Assembly (NCBI GenBank): GCA_018823125.1
Contig: JAHJIW010000010.1
Span: 93,396-157,395, forward strand
Source: Candidatus Margulisiibacteriota bacterium
GTDB lineage: Bacteria > Margulisbacteria > WOR-1 > JAHJIW01
DNA length: 64,000 nt
Direction of reading: 5' to 3'
Numbering within the stretch: the first letter of the stretch is position 1; each line of letters starts with the position of its first letter. A model generated the notes under the pieces. The model searched no databases, had not been told where the DNA came from, and was given only the letters and a program-made list of their open reading frames with translations. The position numbers and the translations under genes were made by a program. Below are positions 63,540 to 64,000 of the stretch, in pieces.

Positions 63540-64000
63540 ATGTATATTCCATTATATATCTACCAGATAATCAACCTACTAAACGCATTATTAAGTTTAT
63601 CAATTGCAACTTTTATTATTTTATACAAGAAATGCACAAAACTAACCGTTCTTTTTTGTTGTTTTGCAATTTCTGTATTTTTTTGGGATTTATTCTTCTT
63701 TCTCGCTTTTCAAACAACAGATTATTCATTATCAAGATTTTTATTTAGAACATGCATGATTGCTGGCACATTAATACTTCCATTGTTTACAGAATTCATT
63801 TACACCTTAGTTAAAAAAGAAATAAAACCAATCTATAGATGGATAAATTTTGGCATTGCAGGCCTAATTATTACAACTATATATTCCAATCTATACGCTT
63901 CTGATGGTGGACCAATTTTGGTCTTTCAATATTGGCCTATTATCGGCATAATGTCCTTCATTCAAATCATTCATTTCAGCATAAACATCTTTTTTTCTCA
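63540..64000 (+). CDS. further 7TM receptor-like paralogue, truncated by the window end
   Basis: Own translation from ATG 63540: MYIPLYIYQIINLLNALLSLSIATFII...FAISVFFWD...; open to the end of the window. Confidence 0.7.
   Translation, partial: MYIPLYIYQIINLLNALLSLSIATFIILYKKCTKLTVLFCCFAISVFFWDLFFFLAFQTTDYSLSRFLFRTCMIAGTLILPLFTEFIYTLVKKEIKPIYRWINFGIAGLIITTIYSNLYASDGGPILVFQYWPIIGIMSFIQIIHFSINIFFS

Overview
Bacterial chromosomal window, mostly minus-strand housekeeping and metabolic genes. It holds a ddl-ftsQ-ftsZ-sepF-proC division cluster, pckG, a nitrogen-assimilation block (carAB, wHTH-ANTAR regulator, glnK, amt, nrpR, gdhA, glnA), PAS/FIST/kinase signalling genes, nfnAB, nadE, larA, lysS, coaX, rluD-lgt-lspA, ahcY and ileS. 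It ends in an AT-rich FabH-like / 7TM-receptor cluster. Gene order (ddl-ftsQ-ftsZ, sepF-proC, no ftsA) is compatible with a non-photosynthetic relative of Cyanobacteria such as Margulisbacteria/Saganbacteria; this is inference only. I saw no rRNA, tRNA, CRISPR array or transposase. Main discoveries: (1) A sigma28-like promoter, RTGRAATTT-N13-MCGAWA-N7-AGA, occurs five times with identical spacing in front of non-flagellar accessory genes. Three copies are followed by related short leaders that end in an intrinsic terminator just before the RBS. This regulon includes a ~9-kb island with lysine-ketoglutarate reductase, saccharopine dehydrogenase and a second LysRS with a duplicated anticodon-binding domain. 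(2) A sensor-less wHTH-ANTAR protein sits upstream of a terminator overlapped by an ANTAR-type hairpin, in front of carAB, and this CarA has lost its Cys-His-Glu glutaminase triad. (3) A FabH-like enzyme with Cys-His-Asp instead of Cys-His-Asn is flanked by one 7TM kinase and tandem 7TM paralogues, the complete one of which has no kinase domain. All annotations are by eye and motif recognition; no database searches were run.
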